From assembly GCA_964630405.1 (NCBI GenBank), contig CAZVUC010000056.1, positions 8,499-72,498 of the forward strand: a stretch of DNA of 64,000 nucleotides. The letters run 5' to 3'. Positions 47,132-56,666 of this stretch are shown in pieces. The DNA comes from an uncultured Syntrophobacterales bacterium (lineage in GTDB: Bacteria; Desulfobacterota; Binatia; UBA9968; JAJDTQ01). The translations under genes were made by a program, and so were the position numbers. The notes under the pieces are model-generated. The model was not told the origin of the DNA and made no database searches. It saw only the letters and a list, made by a program, of their open reading frames with translations. Positions within the stretch are counted from its first letter, which is position 1. Every line of letters begins with the position of its first letter.

Positions 47132-48505
47132 CTAACGACGGCCGCGCCGGCGCAGGGCCTGTGGCGTGAACTTCTTTCGTTCCAACGGTATGTCGAACTC
47201 GGCCGCCTCGGACTCATTGGTCAGGCCCTTGGCCAGGTATCGTCCGTTCTGGAGATCGTAGACCGCCAACCCTGTCTGCCACAGCACCGGCACCTGGTAG
47301 TGGTTGACGATCCAGGACTGGCTCACCCGCCAGATCTTGCCGCGGGCGTCGTACTGGTCCACCACCGCGATCTGCCAACTGTCCTCGTCGAGATAGAACG
47401 TGCGACGCGGATAGATGTGGCGGGTGCCCTCCTTCAACGTCGCCTCCACCACCCACACCCGGTGCAGCTCGTAACGCGTGAGGTCCGGGTTGACGTGGCC
47501 GGGCTTCAGGATGTCGTCGTAGCGATAGCGGTCGCTGGCCAGCTTGTAGCTGTTGTAGGGGATGTAGACTTCCCGCTTGCCCAACAGCTTCCAGTCGTAT
47601 CGGTCCGGCGCGCCGTTGTACATGTCCGCCTGATCGTTGGTGCGCTGGCCGTCGGAGCCGGTGCCGGGGTTGTCGTAGCCGACGTTGGCGGCGCGCCGGA
47701 CGCGCCGCTGTCCGGGGTTGTAGATCCAGGCCTTGCGCGGCTCCGCGGCCTGGTTCAGGGTCTCGTGAACGAGAACGAACGTGCCCGCCAGTCTGGCCGG
47801 GGACAGCACTTCCTGCAGGAAATAGGCGAGCTTGTTGTCGATGTTGTCGGTGGTGGCGCCGGGCTGCTGATACCCCCACAGCACCTGCTCCCGGATTTGC
47901 ACCACGACGTAGGCGCCGGCGGCCGTGGGCGCGGCCTGGCCGCTGGTAACGCGCGCGGACTTGCCGCGGTAGCGCAGAAGATGGTTCCAGATGGCTTCAA
48001 GGCCGTTCTTGGGGATCGGAAAAGGCACGCCCTCCGCGGCGTTCACCACGCCGTTGCCGTCCTCGGTGAGCATCGCCGTCGTGGCGTTGGCGATGGTCCG
48101 CTCGTAGATCCGCCGCGGCAACGACGCCGTGCGCCGGGTCTCGTAAACCGGCATCCGGTAGGTCTTGGGATAGCGTTGGATCACCGCGATCTGGCCGGGC
48201 GTGAGGTTGGCCTCGTATTTCCGGAAATTGTCCGCCGTGATGGTGAAGAGCGGCTTGTCGTCCGGGAACGGGTCGACGAGATGCTTGCCGCGCCGGTAGC
48301 CGGCCGGCGGCTCCCTGATGCCGCCTTCCCACGCGGGTATGGTGCCGGATTCGTTGCCCGCGCGGGTGGCTCCCAATGGCGTCAACTCCGCACCCAGTCT
48401 GGCCGCCTCCGCGGCCGTGACCTTCGCCGCCGCCGGCGCCGCCGCGACCAGCGCCAACGCGAGCGCGGCTGCCTGCATGGCCCATCGTACCTTCATGTCA
48501 TCCAT
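47132..48505 (-). CDS. DUF1329-family periplasmic protein
   Basis: Signal peptide, LTPLGATRAGN..GTIPAWEGG, AWIYNPGQRRVRRA, YDWKLLGKRE.YIPYN, RYELHRVWVVEA. Confidence 0.88.
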   Translation of the reverse strand: MDDMKVRWAMQAAALALALVAAAPAAAKVTAAEAARLGAELTPLGATRAGNESGTIPAWEGGIREPPAGYRRGKHLVDPFPDDKPLFTITADNFRKYEANLTPGQIAVIQRYPKTYRMPVYETRRTASLPRRIYERTIANATTAMLTEDGNGVVNAAEGVPFPIPKNGLEAIWNHLLRYRGKSARVTSGQAAPTAAGAYVVVQIREQVLWGYQQPGATTDNIDNKLAYFLQEVLSPARLAGTFVLVHETLNQAAEPRKAWIYNPGQRRVRRAANVGYDNPGTGSDGQRTNDQADMYNGAPDRYDWKLLGKREVYIPYNSYKLASDRYRYDDILKPGHVNPDLTRYELHRVWVVEATLKEGTRHIYPRRTFYLDEDSWQIAVVDQYDARGKIWRVSQSWIVNHYQVPVLWQTGLAVYDLQNGRYLAKGLTNESEAAEFDIPLERKKFTPQALRRRGRR

Positions 48506-48537
48506 CCCTCGATAGTCTTTCCAAGATGCTTGCGACC

Positions 48538-50508
48538 CTAGAAGGAATAGCTTGCCGTAAGCGACACGAAGTCGCGATCGCCCAGCAGGTTGTGCGCGCC
48601 TCCGCCAAAGAAGTTGGTATACGAGAGCTGGGCGCGCCACGACACGAGGTAGCTCGCGCCCAACGACAGCGTCACCGTCTTGCGTCCCTCTATGAAGTTG
48701 CTGATGGGAGTGGGCGCCGTACCGCTGACGTCGTGGGCAAGGGCGATCCGAGGGGTGAGACTGACCGGGCCCAGCGCGTTGCTGTAGGTCGCTTGCATCA
48801 CCGCCCGGTAACCCCAGGAGAACGCATCGGCGAAGCCGCTCACCTGGGTCTTCGGCTGTATGTTCCGCGTAGTAAAAAGTTCGGTGCCGCTGGTGTACGT
48901 GGCCGGACCGTCGTAGCGGAGCACCGACTTGTCCTCCATGCCCCTTACCTGGGTAAAGCCGGCCTCAGCCAGCACCAGCACATCGCCTGCCCCCAACATG
49001 GGGCCCAACGCCTTCGTGACCGCGAGGGAACCCTGGACCACGTCCTTGCGGCGGAAGCCCGTAACCTCTTCCCCTGGTTCCCGCGCGCCGGTCTGGCTCT
49101 CGCCGAACAACCTGCCGAGACCGGCCAGACCCGTGAGCAACCGCTTGCGGGGATGCTGCGGCGGCAGGGCCGCCGCCTGAGCCGCGAGCTTCCGCAGCGG
49201 CGAATAGGCGGAAAAGAGAAGCTCTACGTTGTCGACCTGGAGCGGCTGATTCCGGCGATAGGCGATCTCGCCCTGGACGGTGAAACCGCTGGCCCCCAGC
49301 TCGCCGTTGAAGCTTGCGCCCATGAGGTCGATGTCCTCGGGGAACTCCCGGAAATACCGCACGGAGCCGGCAAAGCCCCCGGGGGCGGTCAGGGCCCGGT
49401 GGTCGCCGGCGATGAACGACACCAGCGGCAGACGGCTGTGGATGCGCGCGTAGTAGAGACCCAACTCGGTGTCGTTCAGCGCCGCGGCGAAATAGCGCAG
49501 GGCGACGCCGAACTGTCCGTCGTGGCCGGCGTCCCGGTCGGCGGCACGCGGCACGCGCGAGCAACGGCCCGCCGGGTTGATCCGGCTCGGGCAGGCGGGG
49601 TCCGGCATGTTGTCCCTGTCGTCACCCCTGTTCCTGTCGCCGAGGCCAAGATGGACGGTGTCCGCCCCCGGCCCCGCGGTGTCGGAGACGGAGAAAAACG
49701 TGCCCTTTGCTTCGATCTCCGAGTTAGCCCAGCGGAATTGGTAAAAACCTTCGAGGAAGAGGCTGTCGCCGATGCCCAGCTTTGCATTGGCGGCAGGGAC
49801 CGGGATGAGGACGTCGCGCAACTCCGCGCCGGCTATCCGCAACCTGGCGACGTCGGCCGGGTTGATGGAGTTGACGCCGCTACGGAGAAAGACGCTCTCG
49901 CCCCAGCTTATGACCTGGTTTCCCAGCCGAATCGAAACCGGCACCGTGCCGGCGTCGACATCGCCCGTGACATAGGCGTCCAGCAGCTTGAAGTCTCGCC
50001 CAGCGTGGCCCTTGGCGGTCGCGGACAGTTCCGTGTGCTCGGTGTCGCCATCGGCGACCACGTGATCGTAGAAATACAGTACCCGCCCGAATAGCCCCAA
50101 CTCCGCGCCCGGACTCTCCAGGTTGAGCTGCAACTCGTGGTTCACCTTGGCACTTAGCGACACGAAGTCGCCCCGGTCGTAGTTGAGATTGCCGTCGTCG
50201 TTGTTGAAGGACAACGCCTTGCCGCCGCTACCCCTGCTGAACAGACGCTCGTCACGCCCCGAGACACGCATGGCCGCACCCGTGGAAATGGTGGTGTCGA
50301 AGTGTCCGGTGATGCCGCTTTCGTTGGCGGGCAACTGCATGGCGGGCGCGGAGCGAGGGGTTGACAAGGCAACCGTCGCCAGCAGACCCGTCAATACGAA
50401 CCCCGCGAAGACGGACCACGGAAACCCGGCATTGCGGCGCGAGTCATCGCGGTATGACGCGATCCCCGACAACATGTGGCGATCGGCTGTCCCCTTCCCA
50501 AAGTCCAT
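48538..50508 (-). CDS. DUF1302-family outer-membrane beta-barrel protein
   Basis: DDGNLNY, LLDAYV, RLGNQVISWGES, DAGHDGQFGVA, GEIAYR and terminal DRDFVSLTASYSF (C-terminal Phe). Confidence 0.88.
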   Translation of the reverse strand: MDFGKGTADRHMLSGIASYRDDSRRNAGFPWSVFAGFVLTGLLATVALSTPRSAPAMQLPANESGITGHFDTTISTGAAMRVSGRDERLFSRGSGGKALSFNNDDGNLNYDRGDFVSLSAKVNHELQLNLESPGAELGLFGRVLYFYDHVVADGDTEHTELSATAKGHAGRDFKLLDAYVTGDVDAGTVPVSIRLGNQVISWGESVFLRSGVNSINPADVARLRIAGAELRDVLIPVPAANAKLGIGDSLFLEGFYQFRWANSEIEAKGTFFSVSDTAGPGADTVHLGLGDRNRGDDRDNMPDPACPSRINPAGRCSRVPRAADRDAGHDGQFGVALRYFAAALNDTELGLYYARIHSRLPLVSFIAGDHRALTAPGGFAGSVRYFREFPEDIDLMGASFNGELGASGFTVQGEIAYRRNQPLQVDNVELLFSAYSPLRKLAAQAAALPPQHPRKRLLTGLAGLGRLFGESQTGAREPGEEVTGFRRKDVVQGSLAVTKALGPMLGAGDVLVLAEAGFTQVRGMEDKSVLRYDGPATYTSGTELFTTRNIQPKTQVSGFADAFSWGYRAVMQATYSNALGPVSLTPRIALAHDVSGTAPTPISNFIEGRKTVTLSLGASYLVSWRAQLSYTNFFGGGAHNLLGDRDFVSLTASYSF

Positions 50509-50525
50509 GACTCGGTCCTCTCCGG

Positions 50526-50846
50526 TTATCCGGGTTCCACCTCGGCCGCCCGCTGCAGCGCCGCATAGAAGTCCCGGTACGGCGTCCCGGCGATCTCCTG
50601 GGGCATCTCCCGGACGATCTCCACGGTATAGTCCCCGCGCAACTCGACGCCCACCACGGTGCGGACCAGGAGCCCGTCGCCCGGGCCGCCGCCCTCGCGG
50701 ACGATGCCCACCACGTGCCTGAGCCCGTACTTGCCCCGGCCCGGCCGCAGGTCCCTCAGGACCATCGGCGTCTCCACGCCGCACCGGACGTCCCCCGGAC
50801 GGCGCACGAAGGTATCCCATACCCGAGCATCACTGCTTGAAGCCAT
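50526..50846 (-). CDS. Phenylphosphate-carboxylase gamma-subunit-like (PpcD/AbcD-like) small protein
   Basis: WDTFV..LRDLRPG..KY..R.V...D.L.VR...G...Y.V.I matches the recalled Phenyl_P_gamma pattern. It overlaps the UbiD stop and has a GGAG RBS. Confidence 0.72.
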   Translation of the reverse strand: MASSSDARVWDTFVRRPGDVRCGVETPMVLRDLRPGRGKYGLRHVVGIVREGGGPGDGLLVRTVVGVELRGDYTVEIVREMPQEIAGTPYRDFYAALQRAAEVEPG

Positions 50847-52299
50847 ACTCGCTCCAGTTCTTCAGCACCTTCTCCCGCACCTCTTCCGAGAAGATCGAAT
50901 CCAGGGTCGCCTTCACCGGCGTCTCCCATTCGCGGGACCACTCACCCGGCCAGGTGCAGTCGTACAGCACCGTGGCGCCCTTCTGCGCCGCCCGCTCCGC
51001 CTGGCTGTAGCACGGCGTCAGCGTGTTGGCCCGCCCCTCGTAGTGGATCACATGGATGCCGTTGGCCGGATGGCACTTGGTGGAAAACGCGTGAAGGACC
51101 TTTCCCATGTCGAACACGTCGGTGTCGGTATCCACCAGGAAGAGCTTGGAGAGGAGCGCCCGGCGCGAGGTCAGCACCTGGAGCACCTTCCGGGCCACCT
51201 CCTGGCCGCCGTAGTCCACGCTCATGACCGCCAGGTGCACGGCGCCCTCCGGCGGCACGTACACGTCCCGAACGGGCACGCCGTGGCGCTCCAGCCGCCG
51301 CTTGATGGCCAGCGCTCCGGACAGCGCCGTCACCGTGGAGCTGTCATCCTTGTAGCCCGTGGCATCCACCGTGAGCACCGGCTTCTCCCGGTGGGTGATG
51401 GCGGTGGTGCGGAACAGGATGCCATTGCCCATCTCCCCGGTGCGGTAGCCCGGATACTCGCCGTAGGGTCCCTCCAGCCCCACCCGGTCGGGCAGCACCT
51501 CGCCCTCGATGACAATTTCGGAATGGGCCGGCACGAGAAGATCGCTGGTCTCGCACCGGACCATCTCCACCGGCCGGCCGCGCAACCCGCCGGCCAGTCT
51601 GGCCTCGTCGCCGCCCAGGGCGTAGGTGGCGGCCGCCGCGAAATGGGAGAGTGGATCCGTGCCGATGGCGATGGCCAGGGGCATGGGCTTCCCCTTGGCC
51701 ACGTAGTGCTCCTGGAAGACCTTGCCCAGATGGCTCGTGGGCCGCGGGAAGCCGGTGAGGTGATGCGCGTCGTAGACCATGAACCGGTACATGCCCCAGT
51801 TGACCCAGCCGCTGTCCACGTCCTTGGAGATGACCAGATCCCAGGTGCCCAGGTAACGGCCGCCGTCGCCCTCGTGAAGCATGGGCGTGGGCAGGTCGAA
51901 CAGGTTGGCGTCGGCCCCCTTGCGGATCACCTGCTTGCACGGCGCTTCCTCCACCTCCACCGGATCGACGGGATTCCCCTCCCCCTTCTCGTAGGCTTCG
52001 TAGATCTCCCGCACCGTGGCCGTGGCGGGCAGCCCCAGGGCGATGGCGATGCGGCGCCAGGTGGCCACCGGATTGACGAAAACCGAGACCTCGTCCAGGT
52101 AGTCGGTGACCCGCTTGAACCACACCGCCGGGCCGTCCTTCTCGCACGCCAACCGGCTGATGGCGCCGAGCTCCAGGTCCCAGCTCACCTCCTTCTCCAC
52201 CTCCACGAGGTCGCCGGAGCGGCGGAGCGCCTCGATAAAGCTTCGATTGTCATCGAAAATCATGATGGGAAACGTAAGGTGCCGATCACTCGATTGCAA
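50830..52299 (-). CDS. UbiD-family (de)carboxylase of the phenylphosphate-carboxylase alpha/beta type
   Basis: NRSFIEAL, HEGDGGRYLGTW, VNWGMYR, EGPYGEYPGYR, DCTWP.EW and terminal KVLKNWSEYGF resemble PpcA. The start may be ATG 52263. Confidence 0.9.
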   Translation of the reverse strand: MQSSDRHLTFPIMIFDDNRSFIEALRRSGDLVEVEKEVSWDLELGAISRLACEKDGPAVWFKRVTDYLDEVSVFVNPVATWRRIAIALGLPATATVREIYEAYEKGEGNPVDPVEVEEAPCKQVIRKGADANLFDLPTPMLHEGDGGRYLGTWDLVISKDVDSGWVNWGMYRFMVYDAHHLTGFPRPTSHLGKVFQEHYVAKGKPMPLAIAIGTDPLSHFAAAATYALGGDEARLAGGLRGRPVEMVRCETSDLLVPAHSEIVIEGEVLPDRVGLEGPYGEYPGYRTGEMGNGILFRTTAITHREKPVLTVDATGYKDDSSTVTALSGALAIKRRLERHGVPVRDVYVPPEGAVHLAVMSVDYGGQEVARKVLQVLTSRRALLSKLFLVDTDTDVFDMGKVLHAFSTKCHPANGIHVIHYEGRANTLTPCYSQAERAAQKGATVLYDCTWPGEWSREWETPVKATLDSIFSEEVREKVLKNWSEYGFKQ

Positions 52300-52306
52300 G
52301 CAACTC

Positions 52307-53449
52307 CTACCGACGGGCTTCGTCGAGGGCGATGAGGGTGAAGACCTTCTTCATCTCCTGTTTCCTGAACTTGCCCGAAAGGCGGCGCATGACCTCACCC
52401 TTGTTCTCGGACAGCTTGATGCCCACCTGCCGGTATTCGGCCATCACCCGGCTCTTGAACTCCATCTCCTCGCACACCTCGGCGATGCACTCGTCGATGC
52501 AGGTCCGGAACCGCTCGATCTCGTCGTCGGCGTACTCCTCCGCCAGCAGCGGATAGAGGGTCTCGTAGGTCAGCACGTCCTGCGTCTCGAACAGGTTCCA
52601 GCAGGTGGCGGTCACCGCGGCCTTGTTGATGCCGGCGACCCAGTGCACCTCCTCCACCGACTCGGGCTTGCACTTGAACAGCACGGTGTCATCGTCCCGT
52701 GTACGCACGTACCAGACGGCGCCCTCGACTCCGGTGATCTTGCCATCGTCGGCCGGCGTGTTGCCGCTCTCCAGCCGTTCGCGGATCGCGGCGTACTCCG
52801 CCACGGGATCCTTCCCCGCGCTCAGTGTGCCGTACAGGGTCGCCACGGGAACTCCCCGGCTGTCCAGGGCCGACGGCGGCAGCGGCTTCCCGCCTTCGGC
52901 AACGCCGAACAACAGCACGCAATCCAGGGGTTCCTCGTACAGGATGAGATGAGTGTTGCGCCTGCCGTAGAGCTCGAAGCCCAGGGAGCAGCCGTTGATC
53001 TCCACCAGCTCGGGAATGACCGGGTAGCGGAGCAGCATCTCCCGCCACATGTCCAGGAACGCGCCGAACCGGCCGTTGCGCAGCACCGGGGACAGACGAA
53101 GCTTGTAGGTCAGATAACGGCGCCCCCGGGCGTCATGATAGGCATAGGCCAGCACATTGGTGCCGTCGTATTTCTCGAAGACCTCGATCTGGCTGACCGG
53201 CGGGAAGCTGAACCGGCCTTGCCGGTCGAAGGGGTAGTGCAGCTTGGGGGTGGCGAAGACGAGTTGCGGCGCGGGTTCATCGTTGACATGGGTAACGGCC
53301 AGCGCCCCGTACCGGTGGTCCGGCCGGCGCGACAGGAAGCCCCGCAGCGCGATGTCGTTGAAGGGGTCGACGACGTCGAACTCCTGGAGCCACTTGGCGT
53401 CCAGGGAAAGAGTCTCGGCGACGGTTTGCAGGTCGTCCATTTGCTTCAA
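52307..53449 (-). CDS. ATP-dependent RNA-ligase-fold nucleotidyltransferase (Rnl2/Rnl3-like)
   Basis: Motif I EKYDGTN, III FELYG, IIIa LLFGV, IV EGAVW, V FKCKP, and an upstream TPKL segment. Confidence 0.75.
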   Translation of the reverse strand: MKQMDDLQTVAETLSLDAKWLQEFDVVDPFNDIALRGFLSRRPDHRYGALAVTHVNDEPAPQLVFATPKLHYPFDRQGRFSFPPVSQIEVFEKYDGTNVLAYAYHDARGRRYLTYKLRLSPVLRNGRFGAFLDMWREMLLRYPVIPELVEINGCSLGFELYGRRNTHLILYEEPLDCVLLFGVAEGGKPLPPSALDSRGVPVATLYGTLSAGKDPVAEYAAIRERLESGNTPADDGKITGVEGAVWYVRTRDDDTVLFKCKPESVEEVHWVAGINKAAVTATCWNLFETQDVLTYETLYPLLAEEYADDEIERFRTCIDECIAEVCEEMEFKSRVMAEYRQVGIKLSENKGEVMRRLSGKFRKQEMKKVFTLIALDEARR

Positions 53450-53477
53450 CCCAGCGTCCGGAATACCCCCGCTCCCC

Positions 53478-54836
53478 TCACCCTTGTCTCCTGTCCCGGA
53501 TCCGTCTCACCTTGATGCGGTTCTCCACCCCGAGTGAACGGCCCAACTCGCCCGGCGATAGCAGCGAGGCATCCATGGTGAGGCTCGTCGCTACCTTGAG
53601 CTCCCGCTCCAGCCGTTTCTTGATATCCCCCGTGGCCTCGCAGCCGGGGCGCATTTCCACCTCCACCGTCAGGGTGTCCTGCTGGCCTGCGCGGTCCACC
53701 GTGACCAGGTACTCGCGGGTAAGCTCGGGCAGGCGCTCCAACGCGGTCTCCACCGAGGTGGGATAGAAAGGGATGCCGCTCACCTTCACCATGTCACTGA
53801 GCCGGCCCCTGAGCTTGGAGATGCGCCGGAAGGTGCGGCCGCAGCCGCAATCGTCTTCGATGAGCTCACACAGGTCCTCGATGTTGTAGCGGATCACCGG
53901 CGCCGCCTCCTTGAAGAGGCAGGTGACCACCAGCACGCCCTCGCTGCCTGGCGCCACCGGCTCGTGGGTGGCCGGGTCCAGCACCTCGAAGATGTAGGCG
54001 TCCTCGTTGACGTGGTAACCGCTCCGTTCCTCGCACTCGAAGGTCGGGGAGCCGGTCTCGACGCTGCCGAAGTTGTCGTAGGCGGACACGCCCCAGCGGC
54101 TCTCGATGGCCCGCCGCGCCGCCTCCGTCATGGTCTCCGAGGTATGGATGGTGCGCCGGAGGCGGAAGTCCTTCCTGAGGTCGAGTCCCTGCCCTTCGGC
54201 CACATCGGCCAGATGGAGCACGTAGGACGGCGTCCCGGCGAGCACGGTGGTGCCCCAGTCCCGGGCGATCTTCACCTGACGCTCGCTCGGGGTCACGCTG
54301 CCGCTGCCCGTGGGCACCACCAGCGCCCCGAGCCGCATGGCCCCTTCGGAGGCGGTGAACCCCACGATGAAGAGCGTGTAGGCGAAGACGACCTGGAGGA
54401 TGTCCCCTTCCCTCACCCCTTGGGCATGGAAGCGCCGGCTCCACAGCCGGGCGATGATGTCCCAGTCGTTTCGGGTGAAGAAGAAGGGCTTGGGGTTGCC
54501 CGAGGTGCCCGAGCTGGCCTGGACCCGCACCGCGGCGAAGTCGCCCTGGTAGTCGCCGAAGGGCGGATGGAGCCGCAGGCTGTCCTCGAAGTCGCTCTTT
54601 CGGATGACCGGCAGCTTGCGGATGTCTTCTGCCGCGCGGATGTCCCCGGGCTCGATTCCCGCCGCCTTCCAGCGGTCACGGTAGAACGGAATGCGGTCCC
54701 AGGAACGCCGCACCAGGGCGGCCAGGCGTTCGCCCTGGAGTTGCCGGATGACCTCCGGCGATGCCGTCTCGATCTCGTGGCTCTCCGGCGCGCCGGGGTA
54801 TGTTTCGTTCACGGCGATTCTCGGACTCCCGTCCAT
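53478..54836 (-). CDS. Phenylacetate-CoA-ligase-like (PaaK/F390-type) adenylating enzyme
   Basis: RIPFYRDRW, SSGTSGNP, GTPSYVLHL, DNFGSVE, PVIRY, GRLSDMVKVSGIPFYP motifs. Confidence 0.88.
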   Translation of the reverse strand: MDGSPRIAVNETYPGAPESHEIETASPEVIRQLQGERLAALVRRSWDRIPFYRDRWKAAGIEPGDIRAAEDIRKLPVIRKSDFEDSLRLHPPFGDYQGDFAAVRVQASSGTSGNPKPFFFTRNDWDIIARLWSRRFHAQGVREGDILQVVFAYTLFIVGFTASEGAMRLGALVVPTGSGSVTPSERQVKIARDWGTTVLAGTPSYVLHLADVAEGQGLDLRKDFRLRRTIHTSETMTEAARRAIESRWGVSAYDNFGSVETGSPTFECEERSGYHVNEDAYIFEVLDPATHEPVAPGSEGVLVVTCLFKEAAPVIRYNIEDLCELIEDDCGCGRTFRRISKLRGRLSDMVKVSGIPFYPTSVETALERLPELTREYLVTVDRAGQQDTLTVEVEMRPGCEATGDIKKRLERELKVATSLTMDASLLSPGELGRSLGVENRIKVRRIRDRRQG

Positions 54837-54915
54837 GGGCCTTTCCACCGCTTCCGGGTCCGCGCCCGTGGAGTGTGGTTGTTTAACAGATCGACACCGA
54901 TGGGGTTAGTGTCCG

Positions 54916-56649
54916 CTACCCGTGTGTGAGGCGCTCGACGTGTTCGTCCACCGCGAATCGGAAGGTCTCCAATTCGGGCTCTATTTCGTCACCATCATAG
55001 CGATAGCCACCAGGGATCGATCGGTAGCGGGCGTCGACCCGCGTGAACAAATCGTCCCGGCGTTCGCCGATTGCCTCGACCGGCTCGAAGGATCGGAAAC
55101 CCGCTTCCCGGAAAAGGCTCAACTCTTCCGCCAGGAACTCCTTGAAGTCGTGAATCGCCATTTGCTGCCGGGTGACCTTCTCATAGTGGTACCCCAGTGC
55201 AGCCAGTCCGATCGCTTCCGGAAGCATCCGTGGATACGCTTCGGAAACCTTGGCAATGAACCGGTTGAAGGACTGGAGCTGCGTCGGAGAAAGCCGCTTG
55301 CGGACGATCATGAGTCTCAGGAACAGTGCGTTCTTGCTCATCGGTTTCCGCAGGTGCGGAACGGGTGTCAGGTGCTCCAGCAGTGTCAGGCAGCGTTTGA
55401 AGTAGTTCTCCAGTGTCGGGTCGTAGATGGTGCTCATCACTCGCCGGTATCCGTCAATCAACGTCTTGATGTCCATCTGCGGCTTGAAGTTGACGGTCGT
55501 GGCGACGGTTCCGATGGATACGTCCAGCAGCCGGTTCTCCCTCTTCAGGCGCTGGTAGAGATTCGTGTCCTTCAAAGCCGTCAGCAGGTAGATGGCGGCC
55601 ATCGGAATGCCGGCCTCCTGGATGAAGTCGATCTGTGCGTCAAAGGCATCCGCGCCATCTTCATCGAGCCCCAGTATGAAGCCTCCCAGGACCTGCATCC
55701 CCTTGCCTTGGATCTTGCGCACGGCGTGGAGAAGATAGTTCTCCTCCCGCGTGCTGACGTTCTGTGGTTTCTTGACCTTGAGCAAAGCCTCGGGATTCGG
55801 CGTTTCGATGCCCAGAAACACGGAGTCGAACCCGGCCTCGATCATGACATCCATCAAGGCATCCATCCGGGCGAGATTCACAGAGGCTTCAGTGACCAGG
55901 GAGAACGGATAGCCACGGGCCTTTTGCCAGCCGGCGATGACCGGCAGCAACTCCGTTGCGGCCCGCTTGTTGCCGATGAAATTGTCGTCCACCAGGAAGA
56001 GAGGGCCACGCCAACCCAGCCGATAAAGGGCTTCGAACTCGTCAAGCATCTGCTCCGGCGACTTGGTCCGGGGCACGCGCCCGTAGAGCTTGGTGATGTC
56101 GCAGAACTCGCAGTCGAACGGACATCCGCGCGAGAACTGCACGCACATCGAGTGGTAGGCCTCCCTATCGACGAGGTCGAAACGGGGAACCGGCGTCCGG
56201 GTGACATCGGGTTTCCGCCGCTCCCGGTAGATGGCCTTGGCCGTGCCGTTCTCCAGATCACGCAAGAAATCGGGGAGGACCTCCTCGGCCTCGTCCAGAA
56301 CGAAATGATCGACCCCGTCGATCTCCTCATGATACGTGGTGGGATAGGGTCCGCCCGCCACCACGGGAAGACCGGCCCGACGGCATCGTTCGATGACGCC
56401 TCGCAAAGAGACTCGTTGAACGATCATGCTGGAGGTAAACGCCAGGTCGGCCCATTCCAGATCCGACTCCTCCAACGAGGTCACATTCATATCCACCACG
56501 CGTAGGTCGTATTCGGGCGGAAACATCGCGGCAACGGTCAGCAGGCCCAAGGGCGGGTAGGCGGCCTTCTTGCCGAGCAGTTCCAAGGCATACCTGGCCC
56601 CCCAGAAGGCAGGGGGTTGTTCGGGATAGATGAGAAGTGCATGCGGCAT
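54916..56649 (-). CDS. swfC: Cobalamin-binding radical-SAM protein (class B methyltransferase, HpnP/DUF4070-like)
   Basis: YPPLGLLTVAA B12-domain start, SRGCPFDCEFCDI CxxxCxxC, FLVDDNFIGNK, FLGIETP; third gene of the PKS cluster. Confidence 0.85.
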   Translation of the reverse strand: MPHALLIYPEQPPAFWGARYALELLGKKAAYPPLGLLTVAAMFPPEYDLRVVDMNVTSLEESDLEWADLAFTSSMIVQRVSLRGVIERCRRAGLPVVAGGPYPTTYHEEIDGVDHFVLDEAEEVLPDFLRDLENGTAKAIYRERRKPDVTRTPVPRFDLVDREAYHSMCVQFSRGCPFDCEFCDITKLYGRVPRTKSPEQMLDEFEALYRLGWRGPLFLVDDNFIGNKRAATELLPVIAGWQKARGYPFSLVTEASVNLARMDALMDVMIEAGFDSVFLGIETPNPEALLKVKKPQNVSTREENYLLHAVRKIQGKGMQVLGGFILGLDEDGADAFDAQIDFIQEAGIPMAAIYLLTALKDTNLYQRLKRENRLLDVSIGTVATTVNFKPQMDIKTLIDGYRRVMSTIYDPTLENYFKRCLTLLEHLTPVPHLRKPMSKNALFLRLMIVRKRLSPTQLQSFNRFIAKVSEAYPRMLPEAIGLAALGYHYEKVTRQQMAIHDFKEFLAEELSLFREAGFRSFEPVEAIGERRDDLFTRVDARYRSIPGGYRYDGDEIEPELETFRFAVDEHVERLTHG

Positions 56650-56666
56650 GGCGGCGAGGTTGGCGG

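Noticed and set aside
50526-52299. Definite assignment as benzene or phenylphosphate carboxylase
   Set aside because: Only family-level similarity is visible; the other Ppc subunits, phenylphosphate synthase and ubiX are absent, so the substrate and direction remain open.
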